A stretch of 61,515 nt of DNA, the filler included. It is 6 parts of 6 records of this genome, joined end to end, with 100 filler letters (N's around TTAATTAATTAA, not from the genome) between each part and the next. Parts side by side here need not be neighbours in the genome. Positions count along the whole stretch, not along the records: positions 39,197 to 57,057 come from SRR20825010_197; positions 57,158 to 61,515 come from SRR20825010_203; 4 more parts are not named here. One strand, given 5' to 3'. The translations under genes were made by a program, and so were the position numbers. This document shows, in pieces, positions 50,622 to 61,020 of the stretch (positions are counted from its first letter, which is position 1; each line of letters begins with the position of its first letter). The notes beneath the pieces are model-generated. The model was given only the letters and a program-made list of their open reading frames with translations. It made no database searches and was not told the origin of the DNA.

Positions 50622-51386
50622 ATGGATTTAAAAAACAAACATTTTGTTATAATTGCAACAACGTTACTTTTGCTGGGTTGCAAGGAATCCGTTCCCAAGC
50701 TAAGAAACATTGAGGGACAAAGGATTCAGATCAATTATTCTTCCAGCCCAAAAGATTCAATAGAAAACGTAATCGCCCCATATCGGAACAGGATCAACCA
50801 GGTTTTGGACAGTGTTTTGGCCTATGCCCCAACAGCTATATCCAAAACAGATGGTACACTGAATTCTCCCGCAGGCAATTTAATGGCAGACATTGTAATG
50901 CAGGAAGTAAATCCTGTTTTTACCGCCAGAACTGGGCAACAAATAGATTTTGTTCTTCTTAACTTTGGGAGTATCCGATCCGTAATTTCACAAGGAAACA
51001 TTACCGAACGCACGGCCTATGAAGTTATGCCCTTTGAAAATTCGGTGGTTATAGCCGAATTGGACGGCAAGGCCATTAGGGCCATGGTGACATTCCTAAT
51101 AAAGTCCAGTGTTGCCCACCCAATTTCGGGGATACAAATAATAGTGGATAAAAATAAAAGTTTGCAAGCCGTAAACATTCAAGGAAAACCCTTTGATGAA
51201 AACAAGACCTATTATGTTGCCACTTCGGATTATTTGATCACTGGTGGGGATAAAATGGATTTTTTAAAAGATTATATTTCTTTGACGGATTCAGATTATC
51301 TAATAAGAAATACCCTGATAGATTATTTTAAAAAAATAGACACCCTTACGGCAGCTATGGATGACCGGTTTATGCAAATCAAATAA
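50622..51386 (+). CDS. 5'-nucleotidase C-terminal domain lipoprotein
   Basis: LLGC lipobox, GNLMAD, N.G.IR, VMPFEN, ATSDYL..GGD. Confidence 0.9.
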   Translation: MDLKNKHFVIIATTLLLLGCKESVPKLRNIEGQRIQINYSSSPKDSIENVIAPYRNRINQVLDSVLAYAPTAISKTDGTLNSPAGNLMADIVMQEVNPVFTARTGQQIDFVLLNFGSIRSVISQGNITERTAYEVMPFENSVVIAELDGKAIRAMVTFLIKSSVAHPISGIQIIVDKNKSLQAVNIQGKPFDENKTYYVATSDYLITGGDKMDFLKDYISLTDSDYLIRNTLIDYFKKIDTLTAAMDDRFMQIK

Positions 51387-51388
51387 TT

Positions 51389-52300
51389 ATGGAACGTAGA
51401 AAATTTATATCCGGATCAGCTGCTTCTGCCGCTTTTATAAGTATGGGAGGGTTATCCATGAATTCTTGCCAAAATTCTGCAAAGAAACACATTACTATTC
51501 TACACACCAACGATGTACACAGCCATATAGATCCCTTTCCTATCAACCATTCGGCCTACCCCAATTTGGGCGGTTTGGCAAGAAGGGCAACTTTGGTGGA
51601 TCAAATCCGAAAAGAAAACCCTAATACCCTATTATTTGATGCTGGCGACATTTTTCAGGGTACGCCCTACTTCAATTTCTATGGGGGAGAATTGGAATTT
51701 AAACTAATGAGCATGTTGAAATATGATGCTGCCACCATTGGCAATCACGATTTTGACAATGGCCTAAACGGCCTTTATGCCCAACTGCCCTACGCCAGCT
51801 TCGATTTCTTATCGGCCAATTACGACTTCAGTAATACCCTTATGGATGGTCATGTGCAACCATATAAAACTTATATGGTTGATGGAATAAAGATTGGAGT
51901 TTTTGGATTGGGAATAGAGCTGGCCGGGCTGGTCACCAAAAAATTGTACCAAGAGACCGTCTATCTAGATCCCATAGAAATTGCACAAGACTTGGGCCGC
52001 ACCTTAAAGGAGGAGGAAAAATGTGATTTAATTATTTGTCTTTCCCATTTAGGGTATCAATATCAAAACCCTCAAAAGCCCGATGATCTAAAATTAGCGG
52101 CCAGAACGGAGAACATTGATTTGATTATTGGCGGACATACACATACATTTTTGGATAGGCCCACCATAACCAACAATAGAAAAAACGAACAAATATTAGT
52201 AAACCAGGTAGGCTGCTTCGGCATTAATTTAGGCCGAATAGACTATTATTTTGACGATGCCAAGGAAAACGTTTCCCAGGGAGTGTCCATTAAGGTATAA
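51389..52300 (+). CDS. 5'-nucleotidase metallophosphatase domain protein
   Basis: RRKFI twin-arginine-like signal; HTNDVH, DAGD, GNHDFD, SHLG, GGHTH. Confidence 0.92.
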   Translation: MERRKFISGSAASAAFISMGGLSMNSCQNSAKKHITILHTNDVHSHIDPFPINHSAYPNLGGLARRATLVDQIRKENPNTLLFDAGDIFQGTPYFNFYGGELEFKLMSMLKYDAATIGNHDFDNGLNGLYAQLPYASFDFLSANYDFSNTLMDGHVQPYKTYMVDGIKIGVFGLGIELAGLVTKKLYQETVYLDPIEIAQDLGRTLKEEEKCDLIICLSHLGYQYQNPQKPDDLKLAARTENIDLIIGGHTHTFLDRPTITNNRKNEQILVNQVGCFGINLGRIDYYFDDAKENVSQGVSIKV

Positions 52301-52309
52301 TCGCATATT

Positions 52310-53143
52310 ATGATTAAGGAAAAAGGGAAATCTATAGTTTCAAAAAAAATTATCAAAATTCTGGGAGATGATTTTCTGGAACACACAGACGCTATAGCGG
52401 TTGAAGAACCCTTGCAAATTAGTATCAGTGTTTTAAAAGCGGATTCCCCCATTACCAATAAAAATATCTCCATTACTATGAGAACGCCAGGTCATGATAA
52501 GGACCTGGCCATTGGATTTCTGTTTACCGAGGGCATCATCCAAGCTTCCAATCAAATAAAAAGGGTCGCCCATGATGAAAATAGTATAAATGTCCATCTA
52601 ATTAATTCCGAAAACATAGATCTTGGCAAACTGGAGCGGCATTTCTACACCAGCAGTAGTTGTGGTGTTTGTGGCAAAGCCAGTATTGAAGCCATAAAAA
52701 CAATCTGTCGCCTACCCCCATCCGCAGCGGATTTTCAGATCGAAAAAAATCTTATTAAATCCTTTCCCGGCATTCTTACGCAAGAGCAGAATATTTTTAA
52801 CAATACCGGAGGGATACACGCAGCGGCACTATTTAGTTTTAAAGGCGAACTAATTGCCATGCGCGAGGATGTGGGGAGGCACAACGCTTTGGATAAAATA
52901 ATTGGCCATTTACTTACCCAGAACCTAATGCCACTGGACTATCATTTATTGTTTCTGAGCGGTCGTGCCAGCTTCGAATTGATCCAAAAAGCGGCAATGG
53001 CAGGGATTCACTTTATTATGGCCGTGGGAGCCCCGTCCAGCTTGGCCGTAGAAATGGCCGTGGAGCACGATATTACCTTAATAGGTTTTCTGAATGAAAC
53101 CCGATACAACATCTACACTGGCTCTAAACGTATTAAAATTTAG
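52310..53143 (+). CDS. fdhD: Formate dehydrogenase accessory sulfurtransferase
   Basis: TMRTPG, SSCGVCG, TGG.HAA, EDVGRHNALDK, SGRASFE. Confidence 0.95.
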   Translation: MIKEKGKSIVSKKIIKILGDDFLEHTDAIAVEEPLQISISVLKADSPITNKNISITMRTPGHDKDLAIGFLFTEGIIQASNQIKRVAHDENSINVHLINSENIDLGKLERHFYTSSSCGVCGKASIEAIKTICRLPPSAADFQIEKNLIKSFPGILTQEQNIFNNTGGIHAAALFSFKGELIAMREDVGRHNALDKIIGHLLTQNLMPLDYHLLFLSGRASFELIQKAAMAGIHFIMAVGAPSSLAVEMAVEHDITLIGFLNETRYNIYTGSKRIKI

Positions 53144-53211
53144 GAATCTAAACTTTGAGACTGATAGTCGAATACCTAACTTTATAGAATAAGGTTTAAA
53201 AAATAATATGA

Positions 53212-53586
53212 ATGAAAATTAGGATACAAGGAAATTCGGTTCGTTATAGACTAACCCGATCGGAGGTTGCAACATTGAAGCAAGACGGCTACTATAAGGA
53301 ACAGACCGCTTTTAATGGCAAGAATTTTACCTACGCCGTTGCCGCCAAGGAAAACATCAGTAACCTTCAAGCGGAGTTTCAAGGAGATACCATTACCCTA
53401 TTTTTACCTAAGAATGAAAGTATAAAATGGCCGGATAATGAGCGGGTAGGCTATGAAAACAAGATGGTTTTAAACGACGGCCAGGTACTGAATCTATTAC
53501 TGGAAAAGGATTTTGTTTGTTTGGATGAGCGCACGGAGGACCAATCCGACAATTACCCCAACCCTGCGGCAACAACCAAAAAATAA
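53212..53586 (+). CDS. Conserved hypothetical protein
   Basis: MKIRIQGNSVRYRL..SEV, LLEKDF.CL, YPNP; coupled to the next gene. Confidence 0.75.
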   Translation: MKIRIQGNSVRYRLTRSEVATLKQDGYYKEQTAFNGKNFTYAVAAKENISNLQAEFQGDTITLFLPKNESIKWPDNERVGYENKMVLNDGQVLNLLLEKDFVCLDERTEDQSDNYPNPAATTKK

Positions 53587-55895
53587 TGGCAAACAACCCT
53601 GAAAAATCAAATCCTAGTCCTACTGCCCCGGCGAAATTAACCGGTCTAAAAACTACAAGCCCAAAAAAGGTGGCTGCGGGTATTCCAGCGGTTATCTCCT
53701 CCGCAAAACATGTATTTGGGGAAATGGGACTCGGTCGGGGATTAAAAGCACTTGCGAACCTCAACCAAAAGGGCGGAATTGATTGTCCGGGCTGTGCATG
53801 GCCAGATCCGGATGATGAGCGAAGCACAATAGCCGAATATTGCGAAAACGGTGCCAAGGCCATAGCCGAGGAGGCCACTACCAAAAAACTGGACACTACC
53901 TTTTTCCAAGAAAACAGTGTTTCCCAACTTTCCATGCTTTCAGATTACGAAATAGGAAAAAAAGGAAGGTTGGCACAGCCCATGTATTTGCCCGAAGGTT
54001 CCGATCATTATCAAGAAATAAGCTGGGAAGGGGCTTTCTCCAAAATAGCACAACACCTAAATGGATTAAAAAGCCCTGATGAGGCCATATTTTATACCTC
54101 GGGAAGAACAAGCAACGAGGCCGCTTTCCTCTATCAACTTTTTGTCAGGGAATACGGCACCAACAATATGCCTGACTGCAGTAATATGTGCCATGAAAGT
54201 AGTGGCGTTGCCCTTACAGACACCTTGGGCATTGGCAAAGGTTCTGTAAAATTGGAAGATTTTTATGAGACAGAGGTCATTCTTATCTTAGGGCAAAACC
54301 CAGGTACCAATCACCCAAGAATGCTGAGCGCCCTTAAAAAGGCCAAAGAAAATAGAGCTACTATAATCTCAATAAATCCGATCATAGAAACCGGACTATT
54401 GAATTTCAGCAATCCCCAGGAAATAAAAGGGGCCCTAGGAATAAAATCGAAATTAACGGACCTATACCTGCAGGTAAAAATAAATGGCGACATGGCCCTC
54501 CTTCAAGCACTGGTAAAACTATTGCTGCTTGAGGAGGACAAAGATCCAGGGGCAGTTTTTGATTTGGATTTTATAAAACAAAAAACCCAAGGTTTTGAAG
54601 ATTACTTAACACACATAAGAACACTAGACCTAAACAATTTAATAGAAGAATGTGGAATCCCTTTGCAGACCCTGCAGAGCGTGGCCAATATTCTCTGCAA
54701 CAACAATAGGATTATTGCTTGCTGGGCCATGGGGCTTACCCAGCATAAGAATTCTGTAAATACCATAAAAGAGGTCGTAAACCTTTTATTATTAAAGGGA
54801 AGTATAGGAAAACCTGGAGCCGGCACCTGTCCCGTACGTGGCCACAGCAATGTACAGGGAGACCGAACTATGGGCATTTATGAAAAGCCCTCAGCAGCAT
54901 TTTTGGACCGGTTGCAGCAAGTATTCCAATTTAACCCTCCACGCAAACATGGATTTGATACCGTAGAAAGCATTACAGCCATGCATTCCGGCAAGGCGCG
55001 GGTATTTTTTGCAATGGGCGGTAATTTCCTATCGGCTACTCCAGATACCCTGTTTACGGCCGAAGCGCTTCAAAAATGTGACCTGACCGTTCAAGTTTCT
55101 ACAAAACTAAATCGGAGTCATCTAATCCACGGCAAAGAAGCCTTGATCCTACCTTGTTTGGGAAGAACGGACAAAGACTTAATCAAGGGCAAATTGCAGT
55201 TTGTAAGTATTGAAAATTCCATGGGGGTCGTGCATAGCTCCAAAGGAAGTCTCAAACCCATATCATCCCAGATGCTAAGCGAACCTGCCATTGTTTGCCA
55301 ATTGGCAATGGCTACCCTAAAAAATTCCAAAGTAGATTGGGAAAAATATCTGCAACATTACGACCATATCAGGGACAGCATTGAAGAGTGTATTCCTGGA
55401 TTTGAGAACTACAACCAAAAGGTAAGGCAGCCTTCCGGCTTTTATTTACCCAACGGGGCAAGGGACAATTCCTATAATACAACAAGCGGTAAGGCCAATT
55501 TTAGTATATCCAATAGTGAGGCCATTGTCTTGGCCGAAGGTGAGCTCTTAATGATGACCATAAGGAGCCATGACCAGTTTAATACCACTATATATGGACT
55601 GAATGATCGCTATAGGGGCATATTTAATGAACGAAGGGTTATTCTGATGCACCCCAAGGATATTGAAAGATATCAACTCAAGGAAAGAGATTTGGTAGAT
55701 CTATATAATTTTCACAACAATACGGAAAGGGTAGCTCACAAGTTCATTGTTTTGAGTTATAATATCCCTGAAAAATGCTGTGCTACCTATTTTCCGGAGG
55801 CCAATGTTCTAGTACCTCTAAACAGTACTGCCGATAAGAGCAATACCCCTACATCCAAATCGGTGATCATTAAACTTAAAAAACACACATCCTAG
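53586..55895 (+). CDS. FdhF/YdeP family molybdopterin oxidoreductase
   Basis: G.DCPGCAWPD, EYCENGAKA, YTSGRTSNE, PDCSNMCHE, RGHSNVQG, RSHDQFNTTIYG. Confidence 0.95.
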   Translation: MANNPEKSNPSPTAPAKLTGLKTTSPKKVAAGIPAVISSAKHVFGEMGLGRGLKALANLNQKGGIDCPGCAWPDPDDERSTIAEYCENGAKAIAEEATTKKLDTTFFQENSVSQLSMLSDYEIGKKGRLAQPMYLPEGSDHYQEISWEGAFSKIAQHLNGLKSPDEAIFYTSGRTSNEAAFLYQLFVREYGTNNMPDCSNMCHESSGVALTDTLGIGKGSVKLEDFYETEVILILGQNPGTNHPRMLSALKKAKENRATIISINPIIETGLLNFSNPQEIKGALGIKSKLTDLYLQVKINGDMALLQALVKLLLLEEDKDPGAVFDLDFIKQKTQGFEDYLTHIRTLDLNNLIEECGIPLQTLQSVANILCNNNRIIACWAMGLTQHKNSVNTIKEVVNLLLLKGSIGKPGAGTCPVRGHSNVQGDRTMGIYEKPSAAFLDRLQQVFQFNPPRKHGFDTVESITAMHSGKARVFFAMGGNFLSATPDTLFTAEALQKCDLTVQVSTKLNRSHLIHGKEALILPCLGRTDKDLIKGKLQFVSIENSMGVVHSSKGSLKPISSQMLSEPAIVCQLAMATLKNSKVDWEKYLQHYDHIRDSIEECIPGFENYNQKVRQPSGFYLPNGARDNSYNTTSGKANFSISNSEAIVLAEGELLMMTIRSHDQFNTTIYGLNDRYRGIFNERRVILMHPKDIERYQLKERDLVDLYNFHNNTERVAHKFIVLSYNIPEKCCATYFPEANVLVPLNSTADKSNTPTSKSVIIKLKKHTS

Positions 55896-56024
55896 AATTT
55901 GCCATTAACAAACTAGAGATATTACCAGTAGTGTTTGTTTTTTAAAAAAACTATGACATTATTTTCAAAAACCCTAACTTACCAGACACTAAAAAATCTA
56001 ATATTTATCTTAAAACCAATTCCA

Positions 56025-56801
56025 ATGTACAAAGCTGCATATATTTCAGTTCTTTTATTACTATTAACTATAAACACCTATGGCCAAGCCAACCAGAGGG
56101 AATATTACCAACTAAAGACCTACCTCTTGGATAGTGAAGAACAGGAAAATACAACTGACCAATACCTTAGCAAGGCCTTGCTGCCTGCACTTAAAAAACT
56201 TAATATCAAAAATGTGGGGGTCTTTAAACCTAGAACAATCGATTCCCTAAATCCTAGAAGTATAAAAGTATTGATCCCAATGAAAGGTCTTGGCGATTTG
56301 GAAACCATAGATACCAAACTTCAAAAGGATAAAGTTTATATGGCAGCGGCCAAAGACTTTTTGGATGCCCCATATAAAAACCCGCCTTATAGCAGGGTGG
56401 AATCAGTTATTTTAAAAGCCTTTGTGGATATGCCCAAGATGAAGGCGTCTCCCTTAACTGGGCCTCGAAAAGACCGTATATACGAATTAAGAAGTTATGA
56501 ATCTGCAACAGAGGCCAAATACATAAACAAGGTTGAGATGTTCAACAAAGGCGGGGAAGTAAGCCTTTTTGACAATTTAGGATTTAATGCCGTATTCTAT
56601 GGCGAGGTATTGTCCGGTGCAACAATGCCGAACCTCATGTACATGACCACATTTGAAAATCAGGCCAGCAGGGATGCCCATTGGAAATCCTTTTCCGACT
56701 CGCCAGTTTGGAACAAACTAAAATCGGATCCCAATTACCAAAACAACGTTTCCAAAAACGTTACCCGTTTCTTCTACCCAACTGAATATTCCGATTATTG
56801 A
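56025..56801 (+). CDS. NIPSNAP family exported protein
   Basis: Signal peptide; RIYELRSYES, K..MFN.GGE, PNLMYM, HWK.F...P.W. Confidence 0.85.
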   Translation: MYKAAYISVLLLLLTINTYGQANQREYYQLKTYLLDSEEQENTTDQYLSKALLPALKKLNIKNVGVFKPRTIDSLNPRSIKVLIPMKGLGDLETIDTKLQKDKVYMAAAKDFLDAPYKNPPYSRVESVILKAFVDMPKMKASPLTGPRKDRIYELRSYESATEAKYINKVEMFNKGGEVSLFDNLGFNAVFYGEVLSGATMPNLMYMTTFENQASRDAHWKSFSDSPVWNKLKSDPNYQNNVSKNVTRFFYPTEYSDY

Positions 56802-56863
56802 TCGTAAGCCAGGGGCTTTATCCTTTTTTGGCAAATAACCCCTGGAACAACGAACATTAATTG

Positions 56864-56907
56864 AAAAAAAAGCGGTCATGAAAATTTATCATGACCGCTT
56901 TTCTTTT
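56864..56907. terminator. Bidirectional intrinsic terminator
   Basis: AAAAGCGGTCATGA...TCATGACCGCTTTT. Confidence 0.85.
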
Positions 56908-57057
56908 GTAATTACTACCGGGCTTTAACTCCAAACAAGCAAAATTACAGATCAGGAACAATTGTTGTGTTCACGCAAAGATTGTTGTCAATCTATAAAG
57001 GAAGAATTGTTTTCTTTTTTCATTATTGGTTCTATTTATTTGGAGGAATCGAATAAA

Positions 57058-57157
57058 NNNNNNNNNNNNNNNNNNNNNNNNNNNNNNNNNNNNNNNNNNN
57101 NTTAATTAATTAANNNNNNNNNNNNNNNNNNNNNNNNNNNNNNNNNNNNNNNNNNNN
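57058..57157. other. Artificial contig linker
   Basis: N44-TTAATTAATTAA-N44. Confidence 0.99.
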
Positions 57158-58291
57158 GTTCCAGTCCGGGTGATAGCCCTGACGCGGATCGGCGTGCTCG
57201 TAGAGCGCGGTGCCATCGAACTTGGCCAGCCCGTGCTCGTCGGTCGGGAAATGGGCGGGCACCCAATCGAGAATGATCCCCAGCCCCGCATTGTGCGCCG
57301 CATCGACAAACCGGGCAAACCCGGCCGGATCCCCGAACCGCGCGGTGGGCGCATAAAGCCCCGTGGGCTGATAGCCCCAGCTCGGATCATAAGGGTGCTC
57401 GGAAATCGGCAGCAACTCGATATGGGTAAAGCCCATATCGGCGGCATAGGGCACCAATTGCTCGGCAAGCTGCTCATAGCTCAAGAACCCGCCATCGGGC
57501 CGCTTGCGCCAGGAGCCCAGATGCACCTCGTAAACGCTCATCGGTTCGTGGCGGTAGTCGCGCGATTTGCGCGCTTCCATATACGCCTGGTCGGTCCAGG
57601 CAAACGGCGTCGGGTCGGCAACCACCGAAGCGGTTTTTGGCCGCATCTCCGATTGCTGCGCATACGGATCGGCCTTGAGCGGCAGGAGATTGCCCTCCTT
57701 GCCGATGATCTCGTATTTGTATTGCGCGCCGGGCGTGACGCCGGGCACGAAAATTTCCCAGATGCCGATCTGATTGCGCAGCCGCATCGCGTGGCGTCGC
57801 CCGTCCCAATCGTTGAACGAGCCGACGACCGAAACGCGCCGCGCATTGGGCGCCCAGACGGCAAAATGTGTGCCCTCCACGCCCTCGAATGTCATGAAGT
57901 GGGCGCCCATCTTGTCGAACAGGCGCAGATGGGATCCCTCGCCGATGTAATAGTCGTCCATCGGGCCGAGCACCGGGCCAAACGAATAGGGATCGATCAC
58001 ATCCCACTCGCCCCCGTCATTGCCGGCGTGGTACAGTACGGGTTGAAAACGGTCTATGGTCACCGGACCTTCAAAAAAGCCCGCATCATCCCGTTTTTCA
58101 AGCTTTCCCAGGGGCTTGCCATCGAGTGTGCGCACCTCGGCCCATTGGGCGTGAGGCACGAGTGCACGGGCGATCCATTGGCCCTCACTCTCGTGCAGGC
58201 CCAAAATCGCGAAAGGGTCGTCGTGTTGTCCACTCACCACCCGGGCGATCTGTTTGGGATCGGCCTGCCATCCGGACTGCTTTTTTGCCAA
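57158..58291 (-). CDS. glgB: 1,4-alpha-glucan branching enzyme, 3' truncated
   Basis: FAVWAPNA, KADPYA, YEVHLGSW, SWGYQ, ILDWVPAHFP; GGGGGAG RBS before the TTG. Confidence 0.95.
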
Positions 58292-58383
58292 GTGCTCTAC
58301 TCCCCCTCTGATGTCGGTGCATCAGTCTGTTTGTTATGAACCCGCCGGGGACCCCCAAGTTCCGGCGTCCCGCAGTCAAATCG

Positions 58384-60864
58384 TCAGATGTGCGGCGCTC
58401 CCCAGATATCGTCGGCATATTCACGGATCGTGCGATCCGAGGAAAACCAGGCCATTCTCGCTGTATTGCGGATCGCCATGGCGTTCCAGACCGTGCGGTC
58501 GTTCCAGAACGTATCGACCTTGCGCTGCGCGGCGCAATAGGCGTCGAAATCGCGCGCCACCATGAACCAGTCATGGTCGTAAAGCCCGTCCATCAGGGCG
58601 CGATAGCGCGCCCGGTCGTCGGGCGAAAACACTCCCGACCCGATCGCTTCGATCACCTCGCGCAACGATTGACTGGCTTCGATCAATTCGCGCGGCGGCC
58701 GGTTCTGAGCCCGGACGTCATCGACCTCGTCCGAGGTCATTCCGAAAATCACGATGTTTTCTGGACCCAACCGCTCGCGCATCTCGACATTGGCCCCATC
58801 CATGGTGCCGATGGTCAAGGCCCCGTTGAGCGCGAACTTCATGTTTCCTGTGCCCGACGCTTCCATGCCGGCGGTGGAAATCTGTTCGGAGAGATCGGCG
58901 GCCGGGATAATGGTTTCGGCCAGCGACACGTTGTAATTGGGCAGGAACACCACCTTCAAGAGCCCACGCACGGCGGGGTCGTTGTTGATGACCTTGGCAA
59001 CGTCATTGATGAGCTTGATGATGAGCTTGGCGTTCCAGTAACTGGGCGCCGCCTTGCCCGCGAAGACCTTGACCCGCGGCACCCAGCGCTTTTCGGGATG
59101 GGCGCGGATCATGTTGTACTGCGCCACCGCTTCCATGATGTTGAGCAATTGGCGCTTGTATTCATGGATGCGCTTGATCTGGATATCAAACAGCGCATCG
59201 GGCGAGACCGTGACCCCTGCCCGCTCCTTGATGAGCACCGCAAGGCGTTCCTTGTTGCCACGCTTGACGGCTGCGAACTGGTCCTGGAACGACTTGTCCT
59301 CGGCATGCACGTCGAGCTTGATGAGCTGTTCGATATCGTCCTTGAAATCGGGGCCGATGCGCTCGGAAATCAGCCGGGTCAGCGCCGGATTGCACTGCAT
59401 CAGCCAGCGGCGTGGCGTGACACCATTGGTCTTGTTGTTGATGCGGTCGGGATAGAGTTTGTGCAGATCAGCAAACACCGTCTGCTTCATCAATTCGGTA
59501 TGCAGGGCGGAAACCCCGTTGATCGAATGGGACCCTACAAACGCCAGCTGCCCCATACGCAACCGGCGGCCGCCATTCTCATCGATCAGGGAAATCGCCG
59601 CGATCCGGGAGTCGTCGAGCCCTTTTTCGCGCGCTTCCTCGAGCACCATGGCGTTTATGGCATAGGCAATCTGCATCTGGCGCGGCAAGAGCCGCTCGAG
59701 CAGCGCCACGGGCCATGTTTCCAGAGCCTCGGGCAACAGCGTGTGGTTGGTGTAGGAGAAAATGCCCTTGGTCAGCTTCCAGGCTTCGTTCCAGCTCAGC
59801 CCCTGCACGTCCATCAGGATACGCATCATTTCGGCAATCGAAATCGCCGGATGGGTGTCGTTGAGCTGGATGGCCACCTTGTCGGGCAGCGAGCCCAGAT
59901 CTCCATATTGCTGGAGATGGCGGCGTACGATGTCCTGCAGCGAGGCCGAGGAAAAGAAAAACTCCTGCCGCAGCCGCAATTCCTGACCGGCCGGCGTGGA
60001 GTCGGCGGGATAGAGCACGCGGGTGATCGAGACAGCCTTGGCGCTTTCTTCCAGCGCCCCGATATGGTCGCCCGAATTGAAGCGGTCGAGCAGCAGCGGA
60101 TCGATCGGCTGGGCGCTCCAAAGGCGCAGGGTATTCACCCGCGCCCCGCGCCACCCCACGACCGGCGTATCGAAGGCCACCGCATTGAGATGTTCGGCCG
60201 GATGCCAGACCTGCCGCACGCTGCCATCGGGCTGGGTGACCGGCTCGACCGATCCGCCGAACCCGATCTCGTAAGCGCTTTCGCGACGCTCGAATTCCCA
60301 TGGATTGCCGTGTGCAAGCCAGTCTTCGGGCAATTCGACCTGCCAGCCATCGCTCATTTCCTGGCGGAAAAGCCCGTGGACATAGCGGATGCCATAGCCA
60401 TAGGCGGGCACCTTGATCGTCGACATCGATTCAAGAAAACAGGCGGCCAGACGGCCAAGACCGCCATTGCCGAGCGCCGCGTCGGGCTCGCGCTCGATCA
60501 ATTCGTCCAGATCGACATTGAACGAGGCCAGCGCCTCGCGTATCGGCTCCATCATGCCGAGATTGGACACGGCGTCACGCATCAGCCGCCCGATCAGAAA
60601 TTCGAGGCTGAGGTAGTAGACGCGCTTTTGCGATGTCCGCCAGGTATCGCGCGTCGACTCCATCCACTGGTCGATGATCCGGTCGCGTATGGTCAGGATG
60701 GTCGCGGTCAGCCAGTCCGTGCGGCGCGCGACAATCGGGTCCTTGCCAACGGCATAGGTCAGCTTTTCGAGGATTTCGTTGCGAAGCGTTTCAGCGTCGC
60801 TGGCCCGTGGCTGAGGGGTGGGGGCATCGTAAACGATCGGCTTTTGCGGCATATCGCAACCCAT
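58384..60864 (-). CDS. glgP: Glycogen phosphorylase
   Basis: LGNGGLGRLAAC, QLNDTHP, YTNHT, KRIHEYKRQ, EASGTGNMK, FSSDRTI; start may be 60852. Confidence 0.97.
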   Translation of the reverse strand: MGCDMPQKPIVYDAPTPQPRASDAETLRNEILEKLTYAVGKDPIVARRTDWLTATILTIRDRIIDQWMESTRDTWRTSQKRVYYLSLEFLIGRLMRDAVSNLGMMEPIREALASFNVDLDELIEREPDAALGNGGLGRLAACFLESMSTIKVPAYGYGIRYVHGLFRQEMSDGWQVELPEDWLAHGNPWEFERRESAYEIGFGGSVEPVTQPDGSVRQVWHPAEHLNAVAFDTPVVGWRGARVNTLRLWSAQPIDPLLLDRFNSGDHIGALEESAKAVSITRVLYPADSTPAGQELRLRQEFFFSSASLQDIVRRHLQQYGDLGSLPDKVAIQLNDTHPAISIAEMMRILMDVQGLSWNEAWKLTKGIFSYTNHTLLPEALETWPVALLERLLPRQMQIAYAINAMVLEEAREKGLDDSRIAAISLIDENGGRRLRMGQLAFVGSHSINGVSALHTELMKQTVFADLHKLYPDRINNKTNGVTPRRWLMQCNPALTRLISERIGPDFKDDIEQLIKLDVHAEDKSFQDQFAAVKRGNKERLAVLIKERAGVTVSPDALFDIQIKRIHEYKRQLLNIMEAVAQYNMIRAHPEKRWVPRVKVFAGKAAPSYWNAKLIIKLINDVAKVINNDPAVRGLLKVVFLPNYNVSLAETIIPAADLSEQISTAGMEASGTGNMKFALNGALTIGTMDGANVEMRERLGPENIVIFGMTSDEVDDVRAQNRPPRELIEASQSLREVIEAIGSGVFSPDDRARYRALMDGLYDHDWFMVARDFDAYCAAQRKVDTFWNDRTVWNAMAIRNTARMAWFSSDRTIREYADDIWGAPHI

Positions 60865-60990
60865 GGTTCATGTCTGTTCCTCCCCTCAGAGACCACGAGT
60901 GTTGCACGAGTTCTGGCCGCATTCCAGCACCTTTAGCGTCATGGCGCTCATGCGCTTCCAACATGGTTGAACAAAAAATGCATCGGACAC

Positions 60991-61015
60991 GGAACCGGCG
61001 GGCCACAGGCGCGTT
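60991..61015 (+). promoter_or_regulatory. EcfG/RpoE2/SigT-type general stress promoter
   Basis: GGAAC-N16-CGTT. Confidence 0.65.
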
Positions 61016-61020
61016 TTAGG

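Noticed and set aside
58336-60936. 866-aa ORF on the + strand, and the 389-aa ORF at 57170-58339
   Set aside because: Antisense shadows of glgP and glgB in GC-rich DNA; no recognisable motifs.
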